DNA of 53,928 nucleotides, counting the filler, from Sphacelaria rigidula (Eukaryota), in the NCBI GenBank assembly GCA_964200075.2. It is 5 parts of 5 records of this genome, joined end to end, with 100 filler letters (N's around TTAATTAATTAA, not from the genome) between each part and the next. Parts side by side here need not be neighbours in the genome. Positions count along the whole stretch, not along the records: positions 21,613 to 32,318 come from CAXNAA020006052.1; positions 32,419 to 43,124 come from CAXNAA020006053.1; 3 more parts are not named here. One strand, 5' to 3'. This document shows positions 24,191 to 35,884 of the stretch, in pieces; positions within the stretch are counted from its first letter, which is position 1, and the number at the start of each line of letters is the position of its first letter. The position numbers and the translations under genes are program-made. The notes beneath the pieces were generated by a model, which saw only the letters and a program-made list of their open reading frames with translations, was not told where the DNA came from and ran no database searches.

Positions 24191-25500
24191 GTGCCGGTGA
24201 CCTCAGCGAGGGCGTCTATGCCTGCGCCGCACGCGCAGCCGTGGCGCCAAGTGGGGATCACGAACATTCAGTCGGCGGAGCAGGTGCCGGTCGAGTATCA
24301 AGGCAAATATATTCCAGCAGATATATATCTCCTGAATCACCGGGTGCGGGGAGCCATTGCGGTAAAGGCTAAATGAGATTCTGGCGCCCACTGGACGGGT
24401 CATTTGCGCCTGTCGGTACAGATTGTAGAGATGTTGGAGCGTCTTCTCCTGGGTGTGCCGCTGCGCACTCCATTTTCGCCCGGGGCGCGGCAGGCCATCA
24501 CCTCGTCAGGTCAGCATGTTTACTTCACAGAGCGTACTGCTCCGCTGCAGCTGACTTCGATGACTTCCTGGGGGCCGGCGCAGTTGCCTCCGATCTCGTT
24601 TGCGATCATGCCGGGATCGGATGGCGTTATTCTTCTGGGGTTGCCGATGGTTGAGGATATTGGAGTCAACGCTCGGCGGTTTCGGGACTTCATTAAGACG
24701 CGGATGTCTCTTCCTGGTCCACGCTTGGAGACGTCCGCCGTTTTGGGCAGTCGTCGCGTGAGCCTGTCGGTGGATGCATTTCAGGAGGACGCAGGGCAGG
24801 TGACCGAGGAGCGGGATGCGGCGGTGGAACGCTTGGTAGAGCGCGGCCCGGAGATATTTATTGATCCGGCGGAAGAGGAGTCCGCTCGGAAAGTCGCGCT
24901 GGAGGAGAGCATGACGGATGCTGGGGCAAAAAACCTCAGCGTCTCAAAAGCGGAGCGCCTGCACGGCATATTGCATTGACACTTTCTACGATAGCCTCCC
25001 CCCAAAAAACTCAGCAAAAACGTGTCACCGAAAAAATGGCCATACAGCGCGTGGTGTTTGGGTTTAGGCTGCATGAGGCGCCTCATTTTGGGAACATTGG
25101 CGAGAACGACCCCTAGCGTGAGGATTCCCAGCTGCTCGTTGTGCTTGGCTTTTTGCATTTCGATTTACGTGAAGATTTTGTCTCCCAAAACCATGCACTT
25201 TTGGGGGTGTACTCATGATTGCACTTTGGGGGGGGGGCTATCGTAGAAACTGTCCATTGCCGCGTCAACGCGTTTCGTCGTGCGCTGCGGGGTGATCCCC
25301 GTGCGCGCGTGGAGCCCATGTATGTTCAGCTCAAACCTGGGGCGTCCGCGGTGAAGACGAAGCCGCGGCGGTACGATCCAGTGAAGTCGAGTTGGCTGGT
25401 ACTGTGCATGGCGGCTCTCTTGGCGCTCGGGTTGGTGTTACGGATTTTGCAGGCGGGGTGGTCCAGTCCAGATATGTTTTGCCGAACAAGGCTGCATCGT
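24191..25500 (+). pseudogene. pol 5' part: aspartic protease and RT N-terminus
   Basis: AVKAK*DSGA gives the catalytic DSG at 24377-24385. Also VILLGLP and VQLKPGASAVKTKPRRY...WSSP. Interrupted by the MITE at 24978-25254. Confidence 0.8.
24978..25254. mobile_element. 277-bp MITE with about 30-bp TIRs and a 4-bp CATT target-site duplication
   Basis: GACACTTTCTACGATAGCCTCCCCCCAAA versus TTTGGGGGGGGGGCTATCGTAGAAACTGTC. CATT at 24974-24977 and 25255-25258. Removing the element restores the pol frame LHGILHCRVNAF. Confidence 0.92.
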
Positions 25501-26935
25501 TGACGGAGGGCAGGTTGCAGGCGTGGGCGGCAGCGAAGGATCTGGTGGCTCATGCCGTGACGTTGCTCCATCCTCGTCCGGATTGTTAGGTGTCAATGTT
25601 TCCGGATGCATTTGAGTGCCATTGGGGTAGTTTTGTGACGCAGGTGCCTGGTGTAGAAATGGCAACAACCTTCGCCGGTTGAAGACATGACGCATGAACC
25701 GCCGGTATTTCTGAGTGGTAATTTCAAGGTTTCACAGATGCGTTGGGCAACCATTGACAAGGAAGGTTTTTCTATCGTGGGCACATTTCGTCGTCTTGAG
25801 CATTTGTTGTGGAATGGCGTACACATTTCCACGGATCACCGAAATCTAGCGTACATTTTCAACTCGGAGGCATGCGTGACGTCTGTATCGAAGGCATTGG
25901 CACAGCGATTGGACGGGTGGAAGGGTGTGTCAAGACAGTATCGGTACACGATTTGTCATATTTCGAGTAAGTGTAACGCGTGGGGTGACTTGCTGTCGCG
26001 CTGGGTAAATGTTCCCACTTTACCTGCGCGCGCTGTGGCTGTGTATGGTCCGTGCGAACCTGATGACTCGATGCCGTCCAAATCTGCTGTCCGCCAAGCG
26101 CAACGAAAAGACCTTGGGGCCGAAGATTCGGGTATGCAATCTTTCGAGTGGGACGTTGGTACTGCTATTTTGGACAATGAAGGTCTGTTTCGTGTGCATG
26201 TGCGTGGCCGAAACGTTTTATGGATTCAAAGTTCTGACAAGCAGTTGCAGGTACGTCTGATGATTTGCGCGCACATGCGCGACGCCGGGCATCGTGGTGT
26301 GGCTGCGGCGCTCGTGCGCTTGCAAGGGTTTTGTGTCTGGCAGGGGATAGAAACTCATGTGCGCGAATTTGTCCGCCAGTGTCTTCACTGTGCTGAGTCG
26401 AGGGCGGGCAATGTTGTTTCCCGCCCGCTCGGCGAAACGGTCAATGGGGTCACGCCGAATGAAGTCGTTCGTTTTGACTTCTTGTATTTGGGCCAGGGTG
26501 GCCCGCTAGCTTCCCAAGGTTTGTCGGAGGATGCTGGGTTTCGATATATTTTGGTAATCATTAATGATTTGAGCAACGTTTCGGCTCTGGAACCAGTAGC
26601 AGTGTGTACTGCTGAATCGACTGCTGCGTCTTTGCTGAATTGGTGCAAAACTTTGGGGATGCCCCGTGTGTGGGTGAGTGATACCGACACGCATTTCAAG
26701 AATGTGATCTTGGCCCGATTGCGAGAGGCTTTGCGCGTTGATCACCAGTTTGCGGTAGCGTATTCTCCGTGGTCTAACGGTACGTGCGAACGCATGGAGA
26801 AGGAAGTAGTTCGTGCTCTTCGCTCTGTTCTTCTCGAGCAGCGTAGAGCGGTTTCCGAGTGGGCGGGCGTGATGCCGGCGGTGCAATGGGCGCTAAATAC
26901 ATTGTATCGACGTCGTTATGGTTGTACGCCGATAG
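25500..26935 (+). pseudogene. pol 3' part: RNase H and integrase (HHCC and DDE core), C-terminally truncated
   Basis: AWAAAKDLVAHAVTLLHP, FLSGNF..SQMRWATIDKEGF, TDHRNL, GDLLSRW, HMRDAGHRG...CLHC, FDFLYL, VSDTDTHF, YSPWSNGTCER; mostly within ORF 25687-27057. Confidence 0.9.
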
Positions 26936-27030
26936 TGGGATTCAGTTGTGACTTGCTCAAATATTTTGGCGTTAGTTTTCTGAGTGTTAAGCTTGTTGCT
27001 CGATTCTCGTCCAACGCGCTTTGGGGGTGC

Positions 27031-27696
27031 TGTGGCGAAATCACGCCGTCACGTTGAGTATATAGTGGATCCTGGATGATGACCAGGGAACAAGGGCATC
27101 CTGTGGGTGATGACCCTTACTGTGTAGCCTAGGCTTGACGGTTCGGGGCTGCAGCTGTTTACTACGGTAATGATAAGGTGTTGTGAAGGCTGACAACCGA
27201 GACCATGAGGCCAGAGGAACTGGGGAGTCCCTCAACAGCATTCAACAGACAATTCTATAAAATGAGGTTCATCAATTAAATGAGGTTCGAGCCCAAAACA
27301 GTACTTTCTCCACATTTTCAGCGATGGTTCCCAATGACCTCCTTGTCGGCCTAATGCCCCTCGATCACGTAGACACTACTTCAGCGCATTTTACCGACTC
27401 TGTGAGCTGACAGCGCTGACCAAAACCGCTGTTTTCCATGATATCACCCCCCTAATGAATAAGTAGAAATGGCGGTTTCGGACAGCGCTGTAAGCTCACA
27501 GAGTCGATATAAGGCGCTGAAAAAGTATCTACGCGATCGAAGGGCATTAGGCCGACAAGAAAGTCATAGGACATCATCGCTGAAAGTGTGTAGAAAGTAC
27601 TATTTTGGGCTCGAACCTCATGTAATTGATGAACCTCATTTTATAGATTTGTCTATTATTTAGACGCTGCAGTACCAGCAACCTGCTGGCGTCACA
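27031..27696 (+). repeat. 3' LTR, split by a foldback insertion
   Basis: 27031-27242 plus about 27661-27696 reconstitute the 5' LTR; ends in CGTCACA. Confidence 0.9.
27243..27657. mobile_element. Foldback/MITE family C (about 415 bp, about 190-bp inverted arms) inserted in the 3' LTR
   Basis: 27243-27435 is the near reverse complement of 27465-27657. Absent from the 5' LTR. Likely 2-3 bp (ATT) duplication. Confidence 0.9.
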
Positions 27697-27914
27697 TAGC
27701 ACAACTCGCGATGCATCGTCAGTTCGAACGAGCTGAAGGAAAATAAGCTTTTTGGGCGGCCCAACCGCTACTACATTGTGGTAGCAGCAAAGGAGGGAAG
27801 AAGATGGGTGTCGTGATGTTCGGATCAATGGAGCAGCTTGAAGTACTCCGAAGAACTATTCACGCGGGCTCGGTGGGATGTGCGTACCTTCAGCGACTTA
27901 TGCCCATTAGTGTT

Positions 27915-28143
27915 ATGTTCCTGTTTCTATTCGCGTGACCGCCAGTACTGTATCCGTTGCTGGAACTAACCATCGATGATGCGACAACCGCCCGTTGGTC
28001 ACGGAAGAGCCTGGCTTGACCGTGACACCAGCCCCGAGATCGAAACAGGACGGTGTTCCATAACCTCTCGCATCACAAAAGACCGACGCATTGTGAGCTG
28101 TGAGTCCAGTCATTGTGTCGATGCGGAGAGACTCGGGAACCAT
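27915..28143 (-). repeat. Right member of the inverted repeat pair; may extend further right
   Basis: Reverse complement of 21613-21845. Confidence 0.92.
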
Positions 28144-28659
28144 TTCCGGGGAGGAAGGAGCGTGGTCGTTGTTCCCACCGTGAACGGCAAATGAGCGGGA
28201 AAAAAGGCGAATGTGTGGACGCCATGGTTGGAGTTGGGGCGTAGACTTCCTGGTACAGTGTAGAGAGCGATGGCCTAGCAGAGGTACGTTCTCGGCCGAC
28301 CGGTGGCCCAGACAAGGTACGATTGAAAAAGCATTCCTAGATCAGGTATACCTCGGCGAAATGTGTCCTACAAAAAGTAAGCGGTTTAAACAAGCGAAAC
28401 GTACATGTTCGCGTAGCCATATCTCTTGAATACCATCTTACGTATCCGTTTTTTGCGAGGCCCGGGTGCCAATGGCCCCCCCGAACGATGTGCGTGAAAA
28501 CTCCGAAGCGCAAACGGTCAAAAGGGCGTGTCTGTTTTCTTTTGCGTTTCTGGCCATTTTTCGTACCTTTCTTAGGCAAAAAACGAGAAGATGTACCTTT
28601 TCTAGGCCATTGCTCTCATTTTTTCGTTTGGTGAATTTTGTGGCTTTTGATGATATTGC

Positions 28660-28775
28660 TGAAAGAAATTGATGATTAAACACTGACGAAAACCGAAAAG
28701 TCTGGCGGGCTTTGCGAGGTTCGTATACTTGCCTCTGCTCCTTGCCCGCCCTGTCCCGATGACCTCGGAAGCCGG
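28660..28775 (-). repeat. Dispersed repeat family D
   Basis: Reverse complement aligns with 39115-39230 (gaggtcatcgggacag...gcaaggagcaga...tatacgaacc-cgc-aagcc). Confidence 0.75.
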
Positions 28776-28925
28776 CAACGCCGACATCCATATATATGTA
28801 CAATACACGAGCGCACGGTAGCGACAGCCTGTAGCCAATGTAGCAACATCATATCACGCCTCGCCGAATTTTCCCGGGCTACTAATGATAGGTAGTCGAG
28901 GCAAACGACAAGGAACAGGATCCCA

Positions 28926-29846
28926 TAGTGTGATGAAGCTCAGAGGCGTTGCAAGATATACGCTGTGCGGGTCTGCTCGCAAACCCTGGATACCGTGACG
29001 CGTTGTTACTGCGTTTGCTACTGTCATTAGTTAGGGTTGTTCAGCCGCGGCCGCAGGCCGCGCTGCCCCATCTCAATCAGTTACTGCCCCTGCCGTGGTC
29101 TACCCTGGGCCATCACTACGCTCTGCTTCTATGGCTGCCCTGCGGCTGTACTGAGCAAGAGAGGTGCTTGTAGATGAAACGCTATGAAACACGTGAGTTC
29201 TTAATCAACAGTCTAACGTGGATGAACCTACTATGTGATTGTTCATGATGGATATAGCAATAGGTCTGTGTGATGTTGCCCACGTGGGAGCTTGGTAGGT
29301 TGGCACCATGGTATCTCCTGGCACTCATACTGAGAGACCCCAGTCAGTGTATTAGCTACTCCCGCTTCATGACAACTGGCGTCGACGGTAAGACTTTTTT
29401 CAATTGTTATAACGAGGGGATTTAGCTGATGCGCTGGCTGGGGTCTCTCAGTACGAGTACCAGGAGATACCATTGGGTCCAGTTAACCCAAGCTCCCACG
29501 TGGGCACAACGTACAACCTATAGCTATCCACCAAGAACAATCACATAGTGGGTTCATCCATGTGCAGACTCTTGATTAGGAAATCACGTGTTTCATAGCG
29601 TCATGGTATATCTATAAGCCTCTCTTACTCAGTATAGCCGGCGCGCAGCCATGCGAGCAGAGCGTAGTGATGGCCCAGGGTAGAGAGCAAGGCAAGCCAG
29701 TAACTGAGATGGGTCAACGCCCTGTGGCGAAGCTGGCACAATCCCAACTAATGACAAACACGATAACAACGCGTCACGGAACTCAGGGTCTACGAGCAGA
29801 CCCGCACAGCGTATATCTTGCAACGCCTCCGAGTTTCATCACACTA
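28926..29846. mobile_element. 920-bp foldback element with about 430-bp inverted arms
   Basis: Termini TAGTGTGATGAA / TTCATCACACTA. Arms pair inward to about 29365/29415. The ORF track shows MQDIRCAGLL on both strands. Confidence 0.9.
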
Positions 29847-30679
29847 ACCCATCCTAGACGAGTCCTTATGCAGTTGAATCATGATCACCTTGGCACAATG
29901 TAATTGCGCCGAGGAACTTCAAAGTTCAACGAGAAAGGGCTCTTCTACACTACACTCGTACAAAAGCATGAAGCGAAGGAAAAAATAATCACTCTTCCAC
30001 ACCTCTAAGAGACGGGCATCGCTGCAATCCGACACAGCATCAAACGTTCAATCCACAAAAAGGAAAACGTTGTATCTACGTGACACTCACGCACCTATGT
30101 TGAACAAGACAACACACACGCAAGTCCATCTACAAAGTAAAGCACTTAGTGGTACGCATGCGTAGACTTCGTCTACCAACGGAACAAGGATGGAATGCAA
30201 GATAATGCGGGAAGAGGGGAGGGAAAACGCAGTTGCGGCATAGCATCGTGGCAACTGCTCTGGTCGGACGCAGATCCAAGTGAGCTCCGCGTTATTGTTC
30301 GACTCCGTCCCAACACATCCGTCGCGTATAGCGAGAGTGGTACCCCGCTCGTTTCCGTGGCAGGGCGTTTGAAGTATCAAACCTGCCTTGAAGAAGGCGT
30401 GCAGCGTGAAGTACAATGCGATGGGGGGGGGACTACGGAGCAACAGGGAAACAAAAGCGGGGATGCAGCCGAAGTTCAGGTTGGATGTGCCCGAAGTGCG
30501 AAATTCAAAATCCTGCGGGAGTGGGCACGAGCCCATCGAAGACGACACTCAGGGTGAAACGCCAAGGGTCATTGGTGAGAACGTTTCGTTCAGCCCGGCG
30601 GATCAACTATCGCGTGTTATGAACAAACGTTTATGGCAATGAAAACAAAATCAATTCGTCAGGACGCAATACCTAACTC

Positions 30680-31960
30680 AAAGCAATCGTGCGGCGGAGA
30701 TACGGCCTACAACAAGGGCGGTATGATGGGTCATTCCCGGGGGAACACTGGACCACGAGCAACGGAACGACACAAGAGGACACATTCGTGTCGCCAGCTG
30801 ACCAGGCTGCGCCATGGGATAGGGGTAGAACAAACAAGCGAACACATCCAGATGATTTGTCGAGATGAAGTTACTCACTTCAATCTGAAACAGTCGTCGG
30901 GCATCAAGACGACCTACAACAAGGGCGGTATCATCATTAGCAGTACAGGGTGTAACCAAGGACCTGTGCAACAAGACGATGTAAGGGAATATTCCCGTGC
31001 GGCGAGCTCTCTTGGCTGTCGGCGGGGGATTGAGCAGTGACAACAAACATATACATATAAGGAGTCCTCGAAATTCCAAACATGCAGGAGGCTGGACTAA
31101 ATCTACAGTCCTCTCATCGCGTAAAGAAACCTCGAAGACAAAAAATAGAAAGAACACTAGATGCTCAGGGGACGCGGACAGAGATGCGACATCGACAAGA
31201 AATGTGACTACGGGTACATGAAACGCCGTCCCCAATAAGGCGAACTCAGCATAAAAACACGATACCAAAACCTGTGAGGGGCGACAATGCAGCAAAGGGG
31301 AGGGGGGAGGGCTACGATCTGATATCTGACCAGATCGGATTAGGGTTCTGAAATCCGCCAAGGGGAGCTCATCGCTCGCCGCATCGCCGAGTGATGCGGA
31401 CGGAGTGTCGTAGCAACTCAAGTAAAGCTTACAATACAACCGGTGTTGAGGGGGTACGATCTGATATCTGGCCAGTTCGGGGGGGTGCTGGGAAGCAGCC
31501 AGGGCAGCGGCATATGGAACGGGCACGTGGGCTGTGTCCGAAGGCGTCTCTTCTACAAGGCAAAATGCTCGAGCTCAAGTACAATTTCCGTAGTACATCA
31601 AGAGATTATACGTTGCACTGGTAAGGGGGGACATGGTGCGCTAGAAAATCCTACGCGGTTACCGGGCCATTTCTCCTTCCTCGACAAGGGGCGGGGACCA
31701 TCTGATACTGCAAGGCAAAGCTCAATCGGGCCGGACTGAAGTGATGTCAAACATCGTGGGGTGGTCATGGAAAACTTGTGGGCTTCCATCCGAGGGCAAA
31801 TTTTGTCCCTAAAACCACAGTACTACCGACGGGAGTCATCTGTAAATACAGGAAAAGGTCAATCAGGCCTGACTGAAGTGATGTGAGCAGACATCGAGGG
31901 GGTGGTCACGCAAAACTCGTGGGCATACACCCGAGGGCAAATTTTGTCGCTTAAACCACA
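30680..31960. repeat. Region of diverged local direct duplications
   Basis: cctacaacaagggcggtat at about 30706 and 30913; tacgatctgatatctg at about 31313 and 31455; a 95-bp block at 31733-31829 repeated at 31871-31960. Confidence 0.7.
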
Positions 31961-32318
31961 ATTCGTCAATTATCAGGCGAGTCCTGAAGAGGGGCTCGAC
32001 TTATAGTACCGTTGACGGAAAACAAAAACATACACCATGACAAGGAAATCGATCAGGCGGCGTTGTCCCAGGATGGCGGATATCAACTACGGTAGACTCG
32101 AGTATTTGTGCCAACGTCAACAACGCGACGTCCGGTATTACATGCGTGTGCTGTCACAGGGGGAAGCTACAGTCTCCACGAGTGATGGTTCCGCTTCCCA
32201 CACCTCAGAATCATGCTGCGCGGTGGGGTACCGCAACACACAAAAGGGCGCCCGGGGGGGGGGGGGGAGGGTGCGCATCTACTAATATCTGGGGTTGAAT
32301 TCGACACAGGATGCCCTT

Positions 32319-32418
32319 NNNNNNNNNNNNNNNNNNNNNNNNNNNNNNNNNNNNNNNNNNNNTTAATTAATTAANNNNNNNNNNNNNNNNNNNNNNNNNN
32401 NNNNNNNNNNNNNNNNNN
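32319..32418. other. Artificial spacer
   Basis: Same 100-nt linker. Confidence 0.97.
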
Positions 32419-32492
32419 GTGGGGAAAGCACTGTTTTAGGCTTGAACCTCATCTCGGAGTTAAACCTCACTTCGCACAATTTGTTGTTTATT
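32419..32492. mobile_element. Diverged terminal fragment of foldback family C
   Basis: gaaagcactgttttaggcttgaacctcat...aacctca resembles 27593-27657; cut by the segment start. Confidence 0.6.
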
Positions 32493-32769
32493 TGTGAAGA
32501 CCCCAGATTGAGGTTTTACATCCATCAACCCACCTGAAATTGGTGATCGAGTGAATTGCTTGAGGACGTGTGTGTGCTCATCGTATCAAGTTGTGAGTTG
32601 CGAAAATCACGCAACTCCACCCTTCCGTCCTGGTTTGGCTCGATATTTCTGGAGAACTGAGACCACGTCGCAGTCTTTTCATCCACTGTCATCCATTTTT
32701 TGCTGAGATACTCACTGCACTTGTTCCTCGCTAGCTGTGAGGGTCTCAGCCACCTTCTTCCCTTGTTCA

Positions 32770-33365
32770 TTGTTATGGTTTTTCTTGTTTTTGTTCCTGC
32801 GTCTCTCCGACCTTCCCGGAAGCCGCTACCACAGGCGGTTCTAGTGGTCTGTCTGATCCGAGACGACCCGTCCCTTCTTTCCAACCCAACATTTGCGAAA
32901 ACGGATGACCGATACCCCAAGGGCTTCCTCACTAAATGTTACTTACGTAACCGGCTGTGTGTTCGACATTTGTGCCAACGGATGACCGATACCCCAAGGG
33001 CTTCCTCAGCAAATTGTCATGTGTCGGTGTCCATTATACTTTTTATCTTCCGTTTCTTTTATTTTCTCGTTTTTGTTCATGCGTCCCCACGACCTTCACT
33101 CCTTCGTGAATTGTTGGCTCCGAGACACCCAGTCTCTTCTCCTCAACCGAACATTTGCAAAAACTGATGACCGATTCCCCAAGGGCTTCCTCAGTGAGTG
33201 TTCCTTCATATAACCGGCTGCGTGTTCGACATTTGTGCAAACGGATGACCAATTCCCCAAGGGTATCCTCAGCAAACTGTCACGTGTTTTTGGGTATGAT
33301 AACCAAGGATTTTGTTTGTCGGCGTGTGCGAAAACGGATGAACGATCCCACCGGGCTTCCTCAGT
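32770..33365. repeat. Compound tandem repeat (about 80-bp subunits within a period of about 260 bp)
   Basis: aacggatgaccgataccccaagggcttcctca-like motif at about 32899, 32977, 33161, 33239 and 33333. Confidence 0.85.
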
Positions 33366-35154
33366 ACGCGTCGCGCGGCGATTATCGCTGCACGATCCTG
33401 GAGCTTCAATCGGCCACTGCTGCCGCTCCTACATCCTATACCGGGAGCTCTCTCGTTGATCTTTCCACCGATATAAGTTTTTGCATGCGCCATCTCTTCT
33501 TTATCGTTATGCCTTGGCGGGCCCCTTGAAACCGGTTAATGTAAAATCCTACCGCGAGTGTTACCCTCCCCCTTGATGTTCGTTCGACCGTTGGTAATAC
33601 AGTTCCCGTTGTCTGAGGAAAAATCGGGTTTGTGTTGGTTTCCGGAGTGTTGACCGTGAGACCATCCGAGTAACGCGCTGATTTTATCGACGGCTTGTAG
33701 CTTGTTTGTATTTCATGTTGGTGGGTTGGATTTGACCACCCGGGTGACATGCTTGCCTTGTAGGTTGTGGTTGGCAGGCCAAGCGCCTCTGCCGTGTGTA
33801 CCAGAGACTGGCTGATCGCGCAGCCGCATGGACCCTGCGCCGAAGCTGAAGCTCCGTTATTCCATGATGAAGGAGTTCTTCTTTGCCCCTTGTTTTATTT
33901 CCATCTTACTTTTTGTGGTGTGGGAGATGATGGTGAAACGTGAGCCTTCGAAGCTCTTCGAGCGTCTGCATGGTCCCTCTCAGAGTGGGCTATTGTTATG
34001 ACATTTGAAAGGATCAGCGTCGATAAGGTACAACAGCGTTCTGGACGTACAGACCTCGGAGTAAATGAACGTTTGGATATGACTTTTGGCTAGCCGTCGA
34101 GAGCTGACAGCTTGTTGAAAGATCCAATTTGATGTTCTGAAGAGTTGATGAGAGATACAGTATGGTTGATGTCTGCACATCGGATGGTAATGTGCACAAC
34201 GGATAGCGTTCCCGGAACGTTCGTTGGATGGAGGATATCTGATCTTTGGTTACTGTATCATGATTAGTTACGGATATAATTCCTGCGTAAGGTAGTCACG
34301 CGCGCGCCCCGAGCACCCATCCGAGCTCACTCTATTTGGGCCCAGGACATCACCAGCTTTACCACCGTTGCTCTGAGTTCCAAGTGAGTCCTTACCAGTG
34401 AGCTTTATAGTCGTGGGGAAACTATTCGCTCTGGTTCGTATTGTAGACTACAAGGAGATAATCTATTTTCTGGGACGACTGGATTTGAACTTCTTCTATG
34501 ATTTGGGTCTGGATCGGTTCTTACTGCACAGCTGTGCATTACAATCTGGCACACACGGCTTGAACCTCTGTTCGTGAGAACATAACAGAACAAAGGTGTA
34601 CTGAAGCTGCCTTCTTCAAGGCGACTAGGCCTAAGTTCATAATAGCATGCAGTGATACAGCTGTCCTACGGATATCTTTCGTAATCGTGCAAGAAAAAGT
34701 TAATCACAGCGGGCCAGGTGCGGCATTGCTTGTACTGTTTTCATTTCTACAGCCACTATTCCGCGTGTTTCGGTCGAATGAGCGCATATCTCGACTCTGC
34801 ACATGTATTATAAAAGGAAACGTGTCAAACCTCGAACGTGCACAACTCAAATGCGCGCTCTTTTTTTCAACATTTATCACTACCAATGACAGGAAACGTC
34901 GGCAGCACGCGTCGAGTTTTAATGTTTGGATGCCAAAACATATACTGTATGTTTGTTTGTCACCAACCAAGCCCCAACCAAAAAGAAAAAAGCACTAAGC
35001 TTTCAACAATGAGAATGTCCAGACAAATAGGTGGAGAGAAAAATAAACCCAACACTCGTCAAACATGAAGGGCAGGCGAAGTGACAGAATCATCTCCTCA
35101 TACATCGAAGGGCAGCTGTCATTGGTCATCTCTCGGCTGAAAAATTCCGAGACA

Positions 35155-35575
35155 CTTTGCCCCGCGGAACAACATTGACTCTGAGTGAATAATTTTCTCT
35201 GCTTTCACCGGCATATTCTTTTCCAGAGTTCAGACGGCAGGCTGTCCTCGTTTCTACCTGTTTGACTTTGCGCCGCGGCACAACATGCACTGAGTGCAGA
35301 ATTTTCTCTGCTTTCACCGGCACATCGTTCTCCAGAGTACAGACAGTAGTAGGCTGTCCTCTTTTCTACCCGTTTGACTTTGCGCCACGGCACAGCATTG
35401 GCTAAGTGCAGAATTTTCTCTGCTTTCACCGGCACATCGTTCTCCAGAGTTCAGACAGTAGTAGGATGTCCTCGTTCCTACCTGTTTGACTTTGCGCCGC
35501 GGCACAGCGTTGGCTGAATGCGAAATTCTATTTGCTTTCACCGGCACATCGTTTTCCAGAGTACAGACAGTAGGC
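35155..35575. repeat. About 112-bp tandem repeat, about 4 copies
   Basis: aattttctctgctttcaccggcacatcgttctccagagt-like unit at about 35191, 35300, 35412 and 35524. Confidence 0.92.
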
Positions 35576-35884
35576 TGCTCCCGCCTCTACGATACAGTTA
35601 TTATCGGAAAGTATAATGTTGCAGCTCGCACCGTGGTGTCTTTAATTACTGCATCACAACATTGTTCCCTAATTGGATCATTCCTCTGGGCACGAGCACC
35701 CCTTCTTCTTTCCGGTGACACACTATTGCCCTGCATTTTAAGTCAGGACACTCGTGGCACCGGCCCCACCTATATTCCTTCTGTCGCTCAGCTACGTGCG
35801 CTTACAGATCGCGCCAAATCGTCCTAATAACAGTTATGAAATTGTCAAAATCGTAGGTTCAACCCCGCCGACATCCCCCTCATT

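Larger units (their letters stand above)
22425..27696 (+). mobile_element. Ty3/Gypsy LTR retrotransposon, internally deleted and inactive
   Basis: Two TG...CA LTRs; domain order gag-PR-(RT start)-RNaseH-IN; GGGGG PPT-like run at 27023-27027; imperfect 4-bp flanks TGGC/TAGC. Confidence 0.93.

Noticed and set aside
30678-31526. 282-aa minus-strand ORF
   Set aside because: No recognisable domain; lies in locally duplicated repeat DNA.
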